Part shown: in pieces, positions 1-12,710 of the stretch
Numbering within the stretch: position 1 is the stretch's first letter
How the letters are laid out: each line of letters starts with the position of its first letter
NCBI GenBank assembly: GCA_051362555.1
Contig: CM120649.1
Location: forward strand, 17,374,567-17,438,566
Reading direction: 5' to 3'
From: Lingula anatina
Lineage: Eukaryota > Animalia > Brachiopoda
DNA: 64,000 bases
The notes under the pieces: generated by a model
Databases searched by the model: none
What the model saw: the letters and a program-made list of their open reading frames with translations, nothing else
Told to the model about the DNA's origin: nothing
Made by a program: the position numbers and the translations under genes

Positions 1-2661
1 TCACACACCTAGGTCTTCTCTTATACTACTATTTAAGTCCGTTTTACACCAAAGTCGGCTATAGATCTTAGCTGACTAAATTGCTTTTTGCAGAGAAAGG
101 CTGCCAGCCGTATTAAAAATGTTTAAGGGAAGTGGGCATGCAATGAGGCCCTTTTGATTGTCTTTACAATGGTTTTTATTATCAGTCATTTTACAGGTGT
201 GTGTGTTTGTGTGCGTGCGTGCATGTGTGTGTGTGTGTGTTAACCACATTTATTGTGCACCATTCTTTTTGGTATATGTATGCATTTACAGTTATCAAAT
301 GATATGCTGAATCGGTGTGCACAAAGTCAAGTTATAACTCAGCTGGGATTGCAACCTAAAGCAACTTTCTGATCCTTCACGAAAAATATGTTGACCCTGC
401 TGTTACCAGTGAACCAATGTTTTATTTAGAACACTGCACTTGACTGAACTCCTCTCCGTGCATCACAACTTTTTTGTTGGCATTAAAATGAAGAGAGTTG
501 TTAGAAAGAGACCAACAATGAAGGATGTCGATATAAAATGTTGTTCTTTTTTAAATAACTGCATGCTTATATTTCTTTAATCCTTTAGTTAAAATCGTTA
601 AGCAGTCTGCCTACAGTTTAACTTGCAAAACAAGTGGTCAGCTCAGTTGATAGAAGGCATGGCCAGAAATAAACGGGGTACCATAATATTATTGAGTGTA
701 AAGACAGGCAAGGGCTTGTTTTTCACATTGAATAGCATTACTATTTACAATATACTCTGTGAAAATAAAGGTTAAGTTGTATCTGTACGTGGGCCTAGGG
801 GCCATCTGGACTGGCCTGTACCAACAGCAAAACTGTATTTTAAATTGGTAGACAGAAGATGTTGCTTAAAATAGACCCATTTCTTTTTATTAAGGAAAAG
901 AAAGTATTTACAATTATATTATAATTAAAATAATCTATGCTAGTTAAATAGAACAGTGTATGAAAAAAAAAAAGAAAATTTTACAAAATGCATTGATTTT
1001 ACAATCTTATTATCTTATAGTGTATTTTTAAAGGATAGTGTAGGTTATATCTCAATGTATTTGGTTTACAGTATTAAGGTCTCTGGGCACCAGAAATAAG
1101 AATAGAAAGCCCAGGAGAGGAGGAAGAGCCATCTGGACTTGCTTGTGACACAAACCAAAAGGGGAAGTATGATATATTTGACGTGTGCCCTTTGGACTTT
1201 GGAATTACTTATAACTAAATATAGGTTGCATTTTTTAATCCTTTCAGTAGATAAGTTTATTGCAATCTTTCAATTTAATAGAATTTTTGAAATGTGTATA
1301 GGAACACTAAGGCAAAATTTTAATGATGATTGTATTTTGGCATTGTATTCAGGAGTTGCTCTTTTTAAGCTTTACTTTTAATCAATGCTGCAAATTAAAT
1401 GACTGTCCCTAGCAATACTGAAATGAAAAATTGTGTGGTGTAAGATTTTAGGTTAGAGGGAAAAGGATTATCAGTAAATGAACTTAAACCATGCATATCC
1501 TATCTGTAAAATAATGCAAGTATTTATAACCCCTTCTAAGTGCCAGTTGCACAAAACTGTTTTATTCAGAAATCAATTAGACTTTTATTTGTTATGGGTA
1601 AGTGATTTGTAAAATGCAGTAAAACCAATACCACAAAGTTGACATTGGGTTATTGAGTAGTCGGTTATCTTAGATTATCCATTTGACTTAAGATCAAAAT
1701 CTTCGGCCTTGTATGAAACATACTCCTGAACATTTGAGGACGTGTGGTCCTCATGTATTTAGGAGAGGAGGGCATCTGGAACTTCCTATAACTCAAAGAA
1801 AAAAAGAATAACTAAGCCATAACAATGTAATGCTAGTTGTCGGAGACTTTGAGGCAGACTTTGACACTTACTCGTCTGAATTGGTAAGACGCATTTAGAT
1901 TCACATGTGCTAAGGTGAGTTATGTCACGTGTAAGTTTTTTTTTTTTTTTTTTTATTTTTTTTTTTTTTTTATTTTGCTAGATTTGCCTAGTTTATTTAG
2001 TTTACAGGTTGCCATGTGCTGTTTCCAGTTGCATGCTTTCTTTTGATCCTGTGTCATTACCATTCACCATTAAGATATCCTGCAAGAACAGTGACAGCAA
2101 TGTTTCCAACTCCTGATACTATTTTCTGTCTCCTTCCAGTCTTGATCTTAACTGTTTTATTCTTATGGGATTATCACTTCAAGTTGTTCTCTAGGGCTCG
2201 CCTCTTGTTTAGCTATATGCGCCTCTTACATGAAAGGAAATATCCCCAAATTAGCACTCGTGTTACTTTTATTGCATGACATTTGTTTAACTTTGGAACA
2301 TTAAGAGGCAGAAAATGGAGTCCCAGGCTTTCCTCATAAGGATTTTGTACCAAAATAGCCAGGATAGAGATATCCATGCAATTGTTCTGTGAACATTAGC
2401 TTGATAGTAGTCTTAAAACAAAATCAAAGAACAATACTATGTTTCAGAGTTAATGTTGCAGCCCCTCCCCCTCCCTTTTAACGAAAATTGACTCAATTTG
2501 GGGTGACATATTACTGTACAGTTTTGGTGATGGATTAACTCAAAAATGAGTTCTTTAGCAATTGAACAAATGTAAATTTTTTTTTCTTTTTTTTTTTTTT
2601 GTGATCAGGTACAAGGCACAAACATTGGTACATTATAGAAATTGGGTTTTAGGTCTTAATA

Positions 2662-2861
2662 GAGCCCATTCCCAGTGAAACGGTCATTCTACATGAATAG
2701 ATCCAACTCCGCGGGGACTCTGGAATTGAGTAGAATATAAAAAAGCTGGTGATTATTCATGTACCTTGACAATGAGGCATGTTAATCTGATTGCATTCAA
2801 CAGGAGTCCCTTGGGAGTTGGATCGATTTATGGTGAACAATATTTTATTGGGAATGAGCCC
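2662..2861. mobile_element. MITE family B (shares TIR type with family A)
   Basis: GCCCATTCCC...GGGAATGAGCCC-TTA. The internal GAGGCATGTTAATCTGATTGCATT block is shared with the ~48755 and ~60900 copies. Confidence 0.7.
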
Positions 2862-5700
2862 TTAAGTGAAAAAGAACAGTATGGCATAACTTTGCATACA
2901 ACATCTTAAGACGCAGGGGGTCGTACCGTCGGTTACACAAGATGAGAAGCTCATTGACAAATTGTTTTCATAATATCAGCATGAAACATTTTATTTGCAT
3001 TTTCTGATTTAGCAACTATGTAAACACTTGATGAAATTTTAAGAGGTTTAACAGCACAAAAATGGCAGATAAGGTCTTTCCTGTTAAACTCACGTGCGTT
3101 TGAGCACGTGCAAGGCCGAGACAGAAGTAGGGTAGGATTTTATTTTACTGGGCTGGGACAGTAATGTTAATGGGTCCTCTGGTTAATTTTCAAGGCAAAG
3201 TTGGCATATTACAGCAGGCATGAACATTTAAGTTTTTGGAAAAGGAAGAATTTTTTTCTGCAGAGATGTTTTTGTGAGATCTCCAATTGTAGTCTTGTTG
3301 GTTACCGGGGGATCTTTGCCCTCAGTATTTTTTGCAGTTCTGCCATTTGGCTTTATTTATTGGCTAAAAAAAAATATAGCAAAAAATACGTCAAAAACAA
3401 AATGAAGAAGGAAGCTTAAGAAGTGTTTGTAGCCAATCAGGACGCCTCTTGCTGTGGAAAATAATAAGTTCGGCATGATTGTCTGCTTTTCGTTCTAAGA
3501 AATGTTGATCATGAAATGAACAAACTTTAGTATCTGACTGATGTTTTTGAACTGGATTAAGGTAAAATTTGGACAAACATTGTTTAAGGCTGATATTTTT
3601 TGTAAATATTGATGTTTGGGATCAGCTGTTTTTTTTTCTTTGCTCTATGGGACCCTGTTTTTACCTAAGTGAATTTAGCAAACATTTCAAGGCAAGATTG
3701 AAGTTCAATATTAATGTTTAACTTCAATTTTTTAACCAACTGTTTCCCAAACTTTGTTTTTGTGACAACTGCAATGTCATTACTTTTCTGCTGGGGGCCG
3801 ATGGTCTCCATTTGCCCAGCCGTCGGGTGGACAAAAACAAGATATGTGGAAAACCAAGATACAGGGCCGTTTTCCAACAGCGTATTCCTTAAAGGGCTTA
3901 CAATATTTCCAAAAGTCGTGTTTTTGTAATGAGTGGAAAATTAACAGTTTTCAGAAACAGCCACCAAGCTATTAAAGCAAACAGAAATGGCCTTGAAATA
4001 AAACCATTTTCCCCTGGCTATTGTTTTTTTTATCACAAAGCTTCGGCCTCCTCTGTTGTAACTCATCAAAAATTAGCTAAGAATCATAACACAAATTTGA
4101 TTATCAACAGGCCTGCTGACAATTATTTCTTAAAGGAACGGAAATTTTCACAAAACAAAGATTAAGTTTCGGTGCCAAAGATAATTATAACGTCAGAAAT
4201 CGTGCTGTCGGGAGTACTTATAACGTCAGAAATCTTGCTGTCTACATGAGATGTACTTAATCTGTGCTGAGGCTTATTCTGGAATTATGGCTTACAAAGA
4301 ATCCTAGCTCTTCGTAAACAAATTAATACACAGGATTATGATATGTGTGATTTGCAGAAGCAGACTTGCCCATGTCGGTAATTCATACTTCATTCTTATC
4401 CCAAAGTCTATTCAGAATCTCTGCCAGTAAAACGTCAATGAAAAAAGTATGACCTGACTGTGTTTATAAATGCATCATTTAAACTGCTCTTTACATCATT
4501 TTTACACTGCTTGTCACCTCTTGGGGACAAGACAGTCATTTAAGGTCCCTTTAAGCTTTGGTTTAAAAAAGCAGTTTCAAAAAAGTAAGGTTGAAATTAT
4601 TGCAAAAAAAAAAAAAAGTGGTTAGTGCTGTGCGGTACCCGGGATCTCGAGACTTCATGGAAAAAGAAAAAACTCGTAGCATACGTTTTGTAAATATTAT
4701 ATAAAGGCTTTCGTGGAAGAGACCACAACTACCATCAGCTTTGGTGACCTTAATGGTGGTTAAAGTAAGCACTTGTTTGAAATTTGAAAACTTGTAAACA
4801 CTTTAGGAGTGCATGTAAAAAAGAAAACGCTTGCACGCATGCACACACCGAAGCAGTAAGTCAACTTGCTAGTGATATACGTATGAGATGCAAGGTAACT
4901 CCGACCTGTCACAAAAAAAGAAAATTAACTTCTAAATTATTTGATTTTGAAAAAGTTATTAAACGAGCAAAATCAGTAAGTGCTGAGATGAGGACCCATG
5001 TACTATTCTTTACAAACCCAAAATATTGGGGTGCATTTACAGTTCAGTTGCGGAGATATAATTTGGTGCCCTGCTTATTCTGTAAAAATCTTAAGACCTG
5101 TTTCAATGAGCATCCTGTCTTCAGCTTTCTCTTCTGACATGTCCTCACTACCATGTGATAATGGCGAATTTACTCGTTTGCTTACATTTGCTTTCTTATA
5201 TTAAGCTAAAGCATGTCTTCTTTAACATATTAAATTAAATATGGAGTCCAATGAACAAAGCATCACCAAATGAATAGTGGCTCTTGGTAAAATAATTGGT
5301 CCTGTCAAGCACTGTATTTAGATGATTCTGTTACATAATAGCTTAACTATTAAACTGCAATCCCTCAAAACAGCCTAAAAGAAACTAAATTTAAGCCAGC
5401 AAAAAAGGTAAATGTGCTTTAATGGTACAAATTATGACCAAATTTGACAGTAAATGAGGGAATAATGAGTACCATTGTTTATATACCCTTAGGTTATTGT
5501 AAGAACATTGCCCCCAGCAACAGTTCTTCAGTTTTCCCTAATAGGTTTAAGGACACCCTTTAAAGGCCTCCATCTGCCCACCTTTTAATCTAAGGCCAAA
5601 TGTGTATTATTTCAGGTCATCTAAGGCTAAATAACTTTTAAATTTACTCAATACATTTTCCATTTGCCTCAGAATTTGATAGAATCTGGTGTGATTGTTA

Positions 5701-5900
5701 GGGTGTATTCCCAAGGATTTAGATCGACCTAACTCCCTGGGGGTTCACGCTAAATTGCAATCAGCTGAGCGCGCACCATAGTTAATTACCCCTTTACAGC
5801 TTTTATTAGGCGGGCAGACGCTTAAGCTGGCTAAGCTGACAGTAATCTAGTGAGAGTCCCCACAGGGATAGATCGATCTGAAATCTATTGGAATGGAGTC
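5701..5900 (+). mobile_element. MITE family A, more diverged copy
   Basis: Shares the core with the 16514 copy; flanks are TTA/TAA. Confidence 0.75.
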
Positions 5901-5904
5901 TAAG

Positions 5905-6445
5905 ACTTGAGGTTACCCAAAGCTGTAGACCCAAAGAGGTACAAAGATTCCCTCAGCTGTGAAGCGGAGGCAATTTTCTCATAGCTATTGACCTTAAACC
6001 GTAGACAATATCTTAACTTGATAGACAGTAGAATTAAAGCTGTAGAAAGTTTTCCGTGGAAAAGTAGACAGTGAGCTGAAGACACTTTTTCCAAACTGTA
6101 GGCTTTAATCTCTAGAAAATTGCTTAAAACTTGGACAGTGTCCCAAACTGAAAGTTTTCTGTATTGCAATGCATTGTAATGTTTTCTGTATTCAATAATG
6201 CAGACAGTGTCCTGTGAACTTGAGACATGTTTTGCAAGCTGTAGATCTTAAAACTTTGAATAGTTTCCCAAACCTGTAGCCTCAAACCATGAAAAAATTT
6301 CCACAAACTAGGCCTAAAAACTATAGAGTCTCATGAACTGGAGAATTCAAACTACATGTATAGAAAGTTTCCCCACAATAAAAGACTTAAATTTAGTTAA
6401 TAGGAAAATGTTCAAAACTGTAGAAAGTCCCCCAGATCCGTAGAA
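5905..6445. repeat. degenerate minisatellite with an AAACTGTAGA core
   Basis: Many variants of (C)AAACTGTAGA(AAGTT/CAGTG) at roughly 15-25-bp spacing. Confidence 0.6.
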
Positions 6446-9400
6446 GCACTTCAATGGTTGGGATAGACCCCATGCAGATAGGTAACCTGTCAGGGAACAG
6501 CTGTCTGTCAGCTTCAATAGTGGCTAATGGTTTTCTAGTTTGAGTAAAAAAGCTCTTGTAAATTGGCTATGAAGTTTGCTTTAGGCTTAGGAGAACCTTG
6601 AAGTTGACTTAATGGCCACAGAGAAATGGGGTGGAAAATCGTTCCAATATGGCCGCAGAATTGCATAACAGTTGTTAAAAGTAGTTCAGTAGTGGCGATC
6701 TGGAACTAAACTCCAATTGTTTTGGTTATGGCTTTTTTTTTTTGGCTTGCAGGAGGTGTTGTAAATCTTACACTGTTCTCTGTCCTTGAAAAAGCTTTAT
6801 TCTCCTGGGCTTTCACCTTGAACAACATTACAATTTGAAGAAATCCTATGGTGTGATAAGTATCATTCAATCAAAAAAGAAAAAAAATTATCAGGATTAT
6901 ATTGCATAGACAATATATCATCTGACAAGGGTTCCATTTTTTTTTTTTTTTTTTTTTTTTGACAAATGCACAGGAAAGACAATGATGGAAATTATCTTTT
7001 GGCAGCATTTAAGACCCTAGATATTTTATGGTATCGACCTCTTACATTTACACGCCATTTGACATTCCACCAACTGTGAAAATGTTTCAGGCTCCTTATA
7101 GAAGCTGCATTTTGCTCTGGGCATTTTTGTTGTAATTTTTGCTTTGATAAGTGCCATTCTTTCCTCTTAGGGAAATACCACAGATGTTGTTCAGCAGTAT
7201 GAGCCTAGGTAAGATCTATTTGATGTGCTCAAAGTTACGCAACTTGTTGAGGCAGAATAAATGTCATGACTGCTATGTTGCCTTGTTTTTTTTTTTTAAT
7301 CCTATGGTCCTGGGAAACATGCACTCTGGATATGCTGATAGATTTTACGAGTTTTAGATCAAATGTACACACTTTTAAAAACTCTCGGTGAAATGATTAA
7401 TTAACTTAAGAGATGTGAATGGCAATTACTCAAATACTTGTATCATGCTGAAATGTTGGAAGGCACCCAAGGTTTCAGAGAGAAAAAAAAGACAAAAATA
7501 CAGGTATTGATCTGGAGGTGATTTTACAGCAGGAACACTGAGATACAGGGTGGGATTACCTGCCCCTGGCTGCTGAAAGACACCCTGGTGGTAATAGGGA
7601 ATGAAGAACCCAACTGCATTCTCTTGTAAATTTTAGGATACAGTTTCTGCATGATATAAGAACTCAGTTACACTGTTGTATTCAGGGTGTCTTCTATTGA
7701 AAAAGAGTATCATTTTTTAAAAACTTGAAAATTTAGTCAGTCTTGAAAATTTTGTCAAAAGAGGATTCTCCGCCAATGTAATATGTTTTCGCTTTGGAAA
7801 TTTCGCCAAACATGAAAATGGGTCTTTGGATAATTATGAAAAGTTATTCACCTGATATGACCATGTCAGATTAATGCATTTTGAAATATCAATTAATGTT
7901 TAAGTGAAAAAATTTTCCTGTTTTTACTTAAAAGTGTTAAAGAGGAGTTGAATCAGGGGTGACTGGAGTTGAAACCCAGGTTGAAGTAGATAACATGTGT
8001 TAATCTGTAACAGGTGATACAGGTGTGTTGATTAATGAAGTCAGGATATAAGCCTACACGCAATTACCAGGGCTTTGTTGAAATGTTATGGAACTGAGCT
8101 CGTGTTTGAAATCTCACATTGCACGTTTGAAGTATATGATAGATACTGTGAATTCGGCAAGTTGCACACAAGTGATATATACTGTAGTGGCTCAATCATT
8201 TCAACTGGGGAAAATTGTGAATTTTTCAGAAATTATATTTTCTTTTAGTAATAAATTCTTAAAATTAGAATATTCCTACTGAGTGCTAGCAACATAATTG
8301 AAAAATTCTATTTCATACAGTAAAAGCACCAAATTTCTACATAGGAATGTATTTTGAATGATTCCAAATTTATGTATCTGAAAATTTGATATTTTTTCCC
8401 CCATTTGTAATGATGGAGCCATTATTGTATGTTACTGCAAGGAATGAGTGGATGCAGCATACAGTTTGATAACAAGTGATGACTTAAGTTTTTATGGATA
8501 TTGAGAACAAAAGATCCAAACATGAAGGCATTTGCATTCCAGTGTGATACACATGCTTTCATGTGAGGAACACCTTGGCTGGATTGCTTATTCTTGTCTT
8601 ACGTTCTCAATCTCATATAATGATTGGTTATTTTTGTGTAAATACAGTTTGTCTGATAAGGGGCTTTTTGAGGGCTGTTTTCATAGAGAGCTAATTCACT
8701 TGCTAAGTGAATGAAAATGAACAGGAAATTTAATTGAAAAATAGAAAAAAAAAAAAAAAAAACGTCCCACTGTGCCTCTTTAATTGCCCATTGTTGAATC
8801 TTTAATCATTGCAATAGCTGGACACAAAAAATAAAGAAAGAAAAAATAGAAAAGGAATGCAAATTGCCCACTTCCTTGTTATATGTTTAAACCTGGCCTT
8901 CCAGCTATAAATATATATAATAGGGAGCAGCTGGGAAACGGGAAACATCTGTAGTTTGGTCCGCCTCCACCTAAACTTATATAGGTTCATATTCATTGGA
9001 GCAGACATTGCACTATGACTCTCCTAGTTCATTTTGTTTTTTATTATTATAATTATATTTTATTTGGGGGGGGGAGGGAGGGGGGCTGTAACATTCCCTT
9101 TTAACATTCCATTAAATGGAAATATGTTCTACATACTTACGAGTTCAGTGCAGCTGAATTATCTTACAGTTTCTAAAACCTATCTATAGCAATGAGAAAA
9201 TAAGTCTAGATTACATAATTTGTCTTTTTTTCCCCTAACCTACTCCTCATTGTATTACAAGTAAATGGAAAGTCTTAATTTGATACCAGAAGAGAGATAT
9301 CAAAACCAAAGCTCAAAATTTGTCCTTCAAAGCAATTATCATTTGGAATTATGCAAACTGCAAAAACACTCCAAAACATAGCCTTAATTTAGAAGTGAGC

Positions 9401-11251
9401 AAAGTTTTAATTCAAGGTCATACATATGGCAGATTGGCTAGTTTATATGTTGTCACAGTTGGCCATTTTGGTCATAAATTGATCTTAAAATGATGTATGG
9501 GACAGGCATATGGTCAGTAGATATTAGCCTCTGTCCTTTCTGTCTACAGCCCAATTTAAACACAGGGAAGTGAAACACATGGAAAAGGAACCACTGAAGA
9601 ACCTGTTCTTGTGATGGCTTTTTGTGATTTGAAGGCACATAAAACCAATTGCTTTTTTTTAAATTTGTGTAACTTGTCTTTGGATTTAAGCCAAGCTGAT
9701 GGCCAGGGTTGAGGTATTGAAGTGATTTATGGTGCGGTTTAAGAACCATCAGCTGCTACTTGGTTTCTCTCACATTGAAGGCAATGTGATATGTATTCCA
9801 AGGGATGGTTGGGTGGAGCGATTGGCATTTCTCTTGGTGCCCTGTTTCTTTTTGTTTTTGTTTTGTGTGTTTTTTTTTTACTTACCTTTCTATGTACACT
9901 GTCATTAGAGCAACAACTGTTTTTTCTTTTTTTCACTGTCCACTCTGGATTTTGAATTTTCTCAAGTTTTTAATAAATTCTTCAATTATTTTGTAAACAT
10001 ATTTTTGATATATGGTTGCCCCCCCCCCTCCCCCCCCCCCCCCCCCCCCCCCACTATACCTCACTATCAGTTCACTTTTCTTTTTTTCTTTTTTTTTTCT
10101 ATTGTCAGTCTATTTGGTGCGGTCTTAAGGGGGTTTAAATGTTTGGTTAATCTTACAAGTTGGATAAATTTTTTTGTCTGACACAAGACCATGTTATGGT
10201 GATGGCATATAACTACAGTCATTTCTTGAGCATCTTAAATGGAAGTCCGCTGTATCATATGCCATTCCCTGGAGTCAATAATTTAGGTGTCTTTCCTTCC
10301 TTGGCCTACACAAGTAATGAACTGCTATATCGATTAATGGGATGTATGAGTAATTATGCAGTTGATTATAAAGGTTAGAGATTCCATTGTTATCAAGTCG
10401 AGCAATTAGTGGAGCACAGTAGCCTTTTTATTGCAAGGGTTTTTATCCCTGATCTTCACACATCATTTCCTTTTTTTTACGCCTACATATTTCCACTTTT
10501 ACAGCTGCGTGCATATGTTACATTTGATTTGTAACAATGCTAGTTTCTATCATTGTATCGCCAGGTGGCAGCCACTGGATTGGCGTTTTGACATTCCTCC
10601 ACGTAGCAGGAACAAATTGCATCATCAGTATTTGTCCTTCAGGTTGCAGAAGTGAATGCAGGGCAAAGGCATGATGTCATTGTGTTTTGTTTGGCTTTTT
10701 GTTCCGTTTGTTTGGAATTGTTAGGCTGTTTGGTAAAAATAGAATCATGCACTTCAAGAACAACTGTATTCAGTTGGCAAAACCTGTATAACATGGGTTT
10801 CAAATGGATGTTTACTGTTTGAAGGACGATCCGAAGAAAACTTGATATTTTATCTCCTTTTGACAAAAAGAAAACTGACAATAGAGGTGCAGATTATGAA
10901 AGCACCTTGCAGAATACAGGGATCACATTACAGTGGTTCAATTGTTATGATACTTTAACAGTAGATTTGAGCTGCCTCTTTCTGTCTCAGACATACAGTT
11001 ATAATTTCTTCAGGAAAAGAAGTTCTAAATGTTCTCTTCGCTGCTTATCTGTCTTGATGGTTTTTTAAATGAAGAGACTAAAGAATACACAGTAATATTC
11101 TTTTTGTCAGAACCCCTTAACATTGACAAAGTACCCAACAATGACAGTTCAGCAAAACTTGTGGTTAATATTTTAGAAGTGTGATGGATTAAACATAAAT
11201 GTACTTAAGATAATCTAGATTAATGAAATGTCAAAAAGAAAAAAAATTCAC

Positions 11252-12241
11252 ATCATGAATCAGTTGGAGAAGATGCTCATCTTCAATCAGGTAAAATTCT
11301 GGTTGACCAGACATGGTGGTATCTGCTCTAATATCTGCACAAAATTGTCCATCAAGTTGGTATTCAATTTGTATCATTTTCTTTAGGAGTCTTATTTTTA
11401 ATCTCCAAAGTAAAATTTTTTTGCTCATGTTGTCTTTCTTCAAGAAAAAACAGCTTTTCTTTCCAGAAAATGTTTGTGTTTTGCTAAACAAAAATTATCA
11501 ATTTCATCTTCAGCTCTGACTTTAAGCTAAAGCATATATGCAGCTCTAGTTCTGTCAGATAGTAACAAAGGAACTCTTATATCTACTGCCTACTCTTAAT
11601 GGAATAGAAGTGATACCAGCAGTTAACAAGACCAGAAGAAAAACAAACAGATTTTTATCTTGCTGTTGATGCATTTTGTTCCAAATGCAATGCTATAAGA
11701 CACTTAAAAAAACAGATTTTCATCATGCTTTGGCACTTTGCCCAAAGTACTCGGTGTCAGTTTTACATTTTTTATTTTTGTTTACGCACTCAAAGCACTC
11801 TATCAAAACCCAGATCATTCTTTTTAATTTTCAGTTTTCTCTGACAGACATTCACTTCCATCTAGCGCCATGTGATCAGAAATGTGTTTAGCACTTAATT
11901 GTTTAGGTGTTTTAAATATTATGCATATGCGTTAAGTCATAAAACATTTTATCAACCATAAAAAAACTCACAATTTGTTTCAGCTTACAATACAATACAA
12001 TAATAATAATAATAATAATTTGTACACTTCTGCAAATATATAAGCATTTAAAACATTGCATTCAACCACTTAAAACTTGGTAAGTATTGAGTTTTTAATT
12101 GAATATGCCTCACCTTGCACTTCCCCTTGCTTCATCTGACAAATTTTTTATTGCTTCGTCAAAGGGCATTCCACACACCACAGTGAACAACAGCAGTAGT
12201 GACGTAATCCACATCAGAATGGTTTTTCTTGAATGATACAT
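11252..12241 (-). CDS. small secreted protein/peptide precursor, unrecognised; 3' end uncertain
   Basis: Exon 12241-12114 encodes MYHSRKTILMWITSLLLLFTVVCG-MPFDEAIKNLSDEARGSA and ends AG|gtgagg (phase 2). Exon 11483-11252 (tttgtttag acceptor) continues in frame SKTQTFSGKKSCFFLKKDNMSKKILLWRLKIRLLKKMIQIEYQLDGQFCAD...IHD. It ends by read-through to the stop at 11231 or by a last exon near 11077. This ATG is the first in the predicted mRNA and has A at -3. Confidence 0.65.
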
Positions 12242-12485
12242 TGTTTCTTGTGTAGACACTGTATCAGTCACTCGTCAAAATGATGATGATGATTTGTTTG
12301 ACTGTTTGCTTGTGGAATTAAATAATGTATAATCTGCTTTTGAATTGCTTCTCAATGAAATTGCGTGTGCCACTTCTGATTTGCAATGCTCGGATAACTG
12401 AGAAAAGTTTAACAGCTGGATTGCCACAGATGTGAACTTGTATTATCAGTTCTTTTCTTCCTCAGTGATAATTAAGTAAAAGTAC

Positions 12486-12710
12486 CTCTCTCTGGAAGCT
12501 GCTTTCAGAATTGCCTTCTTGCTTTTGCACCAAAACACTGGTAACAGTCAGCACAAGTGAATGCCTGCGTACAGACACTTTTCCTGTTTATATAACGGAG
12601 ACAGGGAAAGAGGCGTGCAGGTAATTAACTGCCCATCCAATCAGAGGCCAGACTCCCCGTTAATCCGCCTTCAAGTGCAGGTGGCCAGTGCTGAAGCAAT
12701 TTGATTGGTG
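12486..12710 (-). promoter_or_regulatory. TATA/Inr promoter and non-coding exon 1 of the 12-kb secreted-protein gene
   Basis: TATATAAA starts at 12594 with Inr GCATTC (A at 12562). CCAATCAG ~12637, CAGGTG ~12678 and ATTGG ~12704 lie upstream. Donor GAG|gtactt at 12485 and acceptor ttttctcag at 12398 (88-nt intron). Confidence 0.65.

Noticed and set aside
1830-1914. Possible first coding exon MLVVGDFEADFDTYSSEL|gtaaga
   Set aside because: Could not be linked to any downstream exon.
4290-4470. Minus-strand TATA plus hydrophobic mini-ORF (MKYELPTWASLLLQITHIIILCINC...)
   Set aside because: Weak signal peptide and no compatible downstream exon found.
8010-8282. CAGGTG x2, a TATA-like element and the 64-aa ORF at 8088
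   Set aside because: No recognisable protein features or convincing splice partners.
10639-11077. Further exons or a programmed frameshift extending the 12-kb secreted gene
   Set aside because: The phases do not join without assuming an indel in an A6 run, and similarity of ORF 10639-10881 to exon 11483 is too weak.
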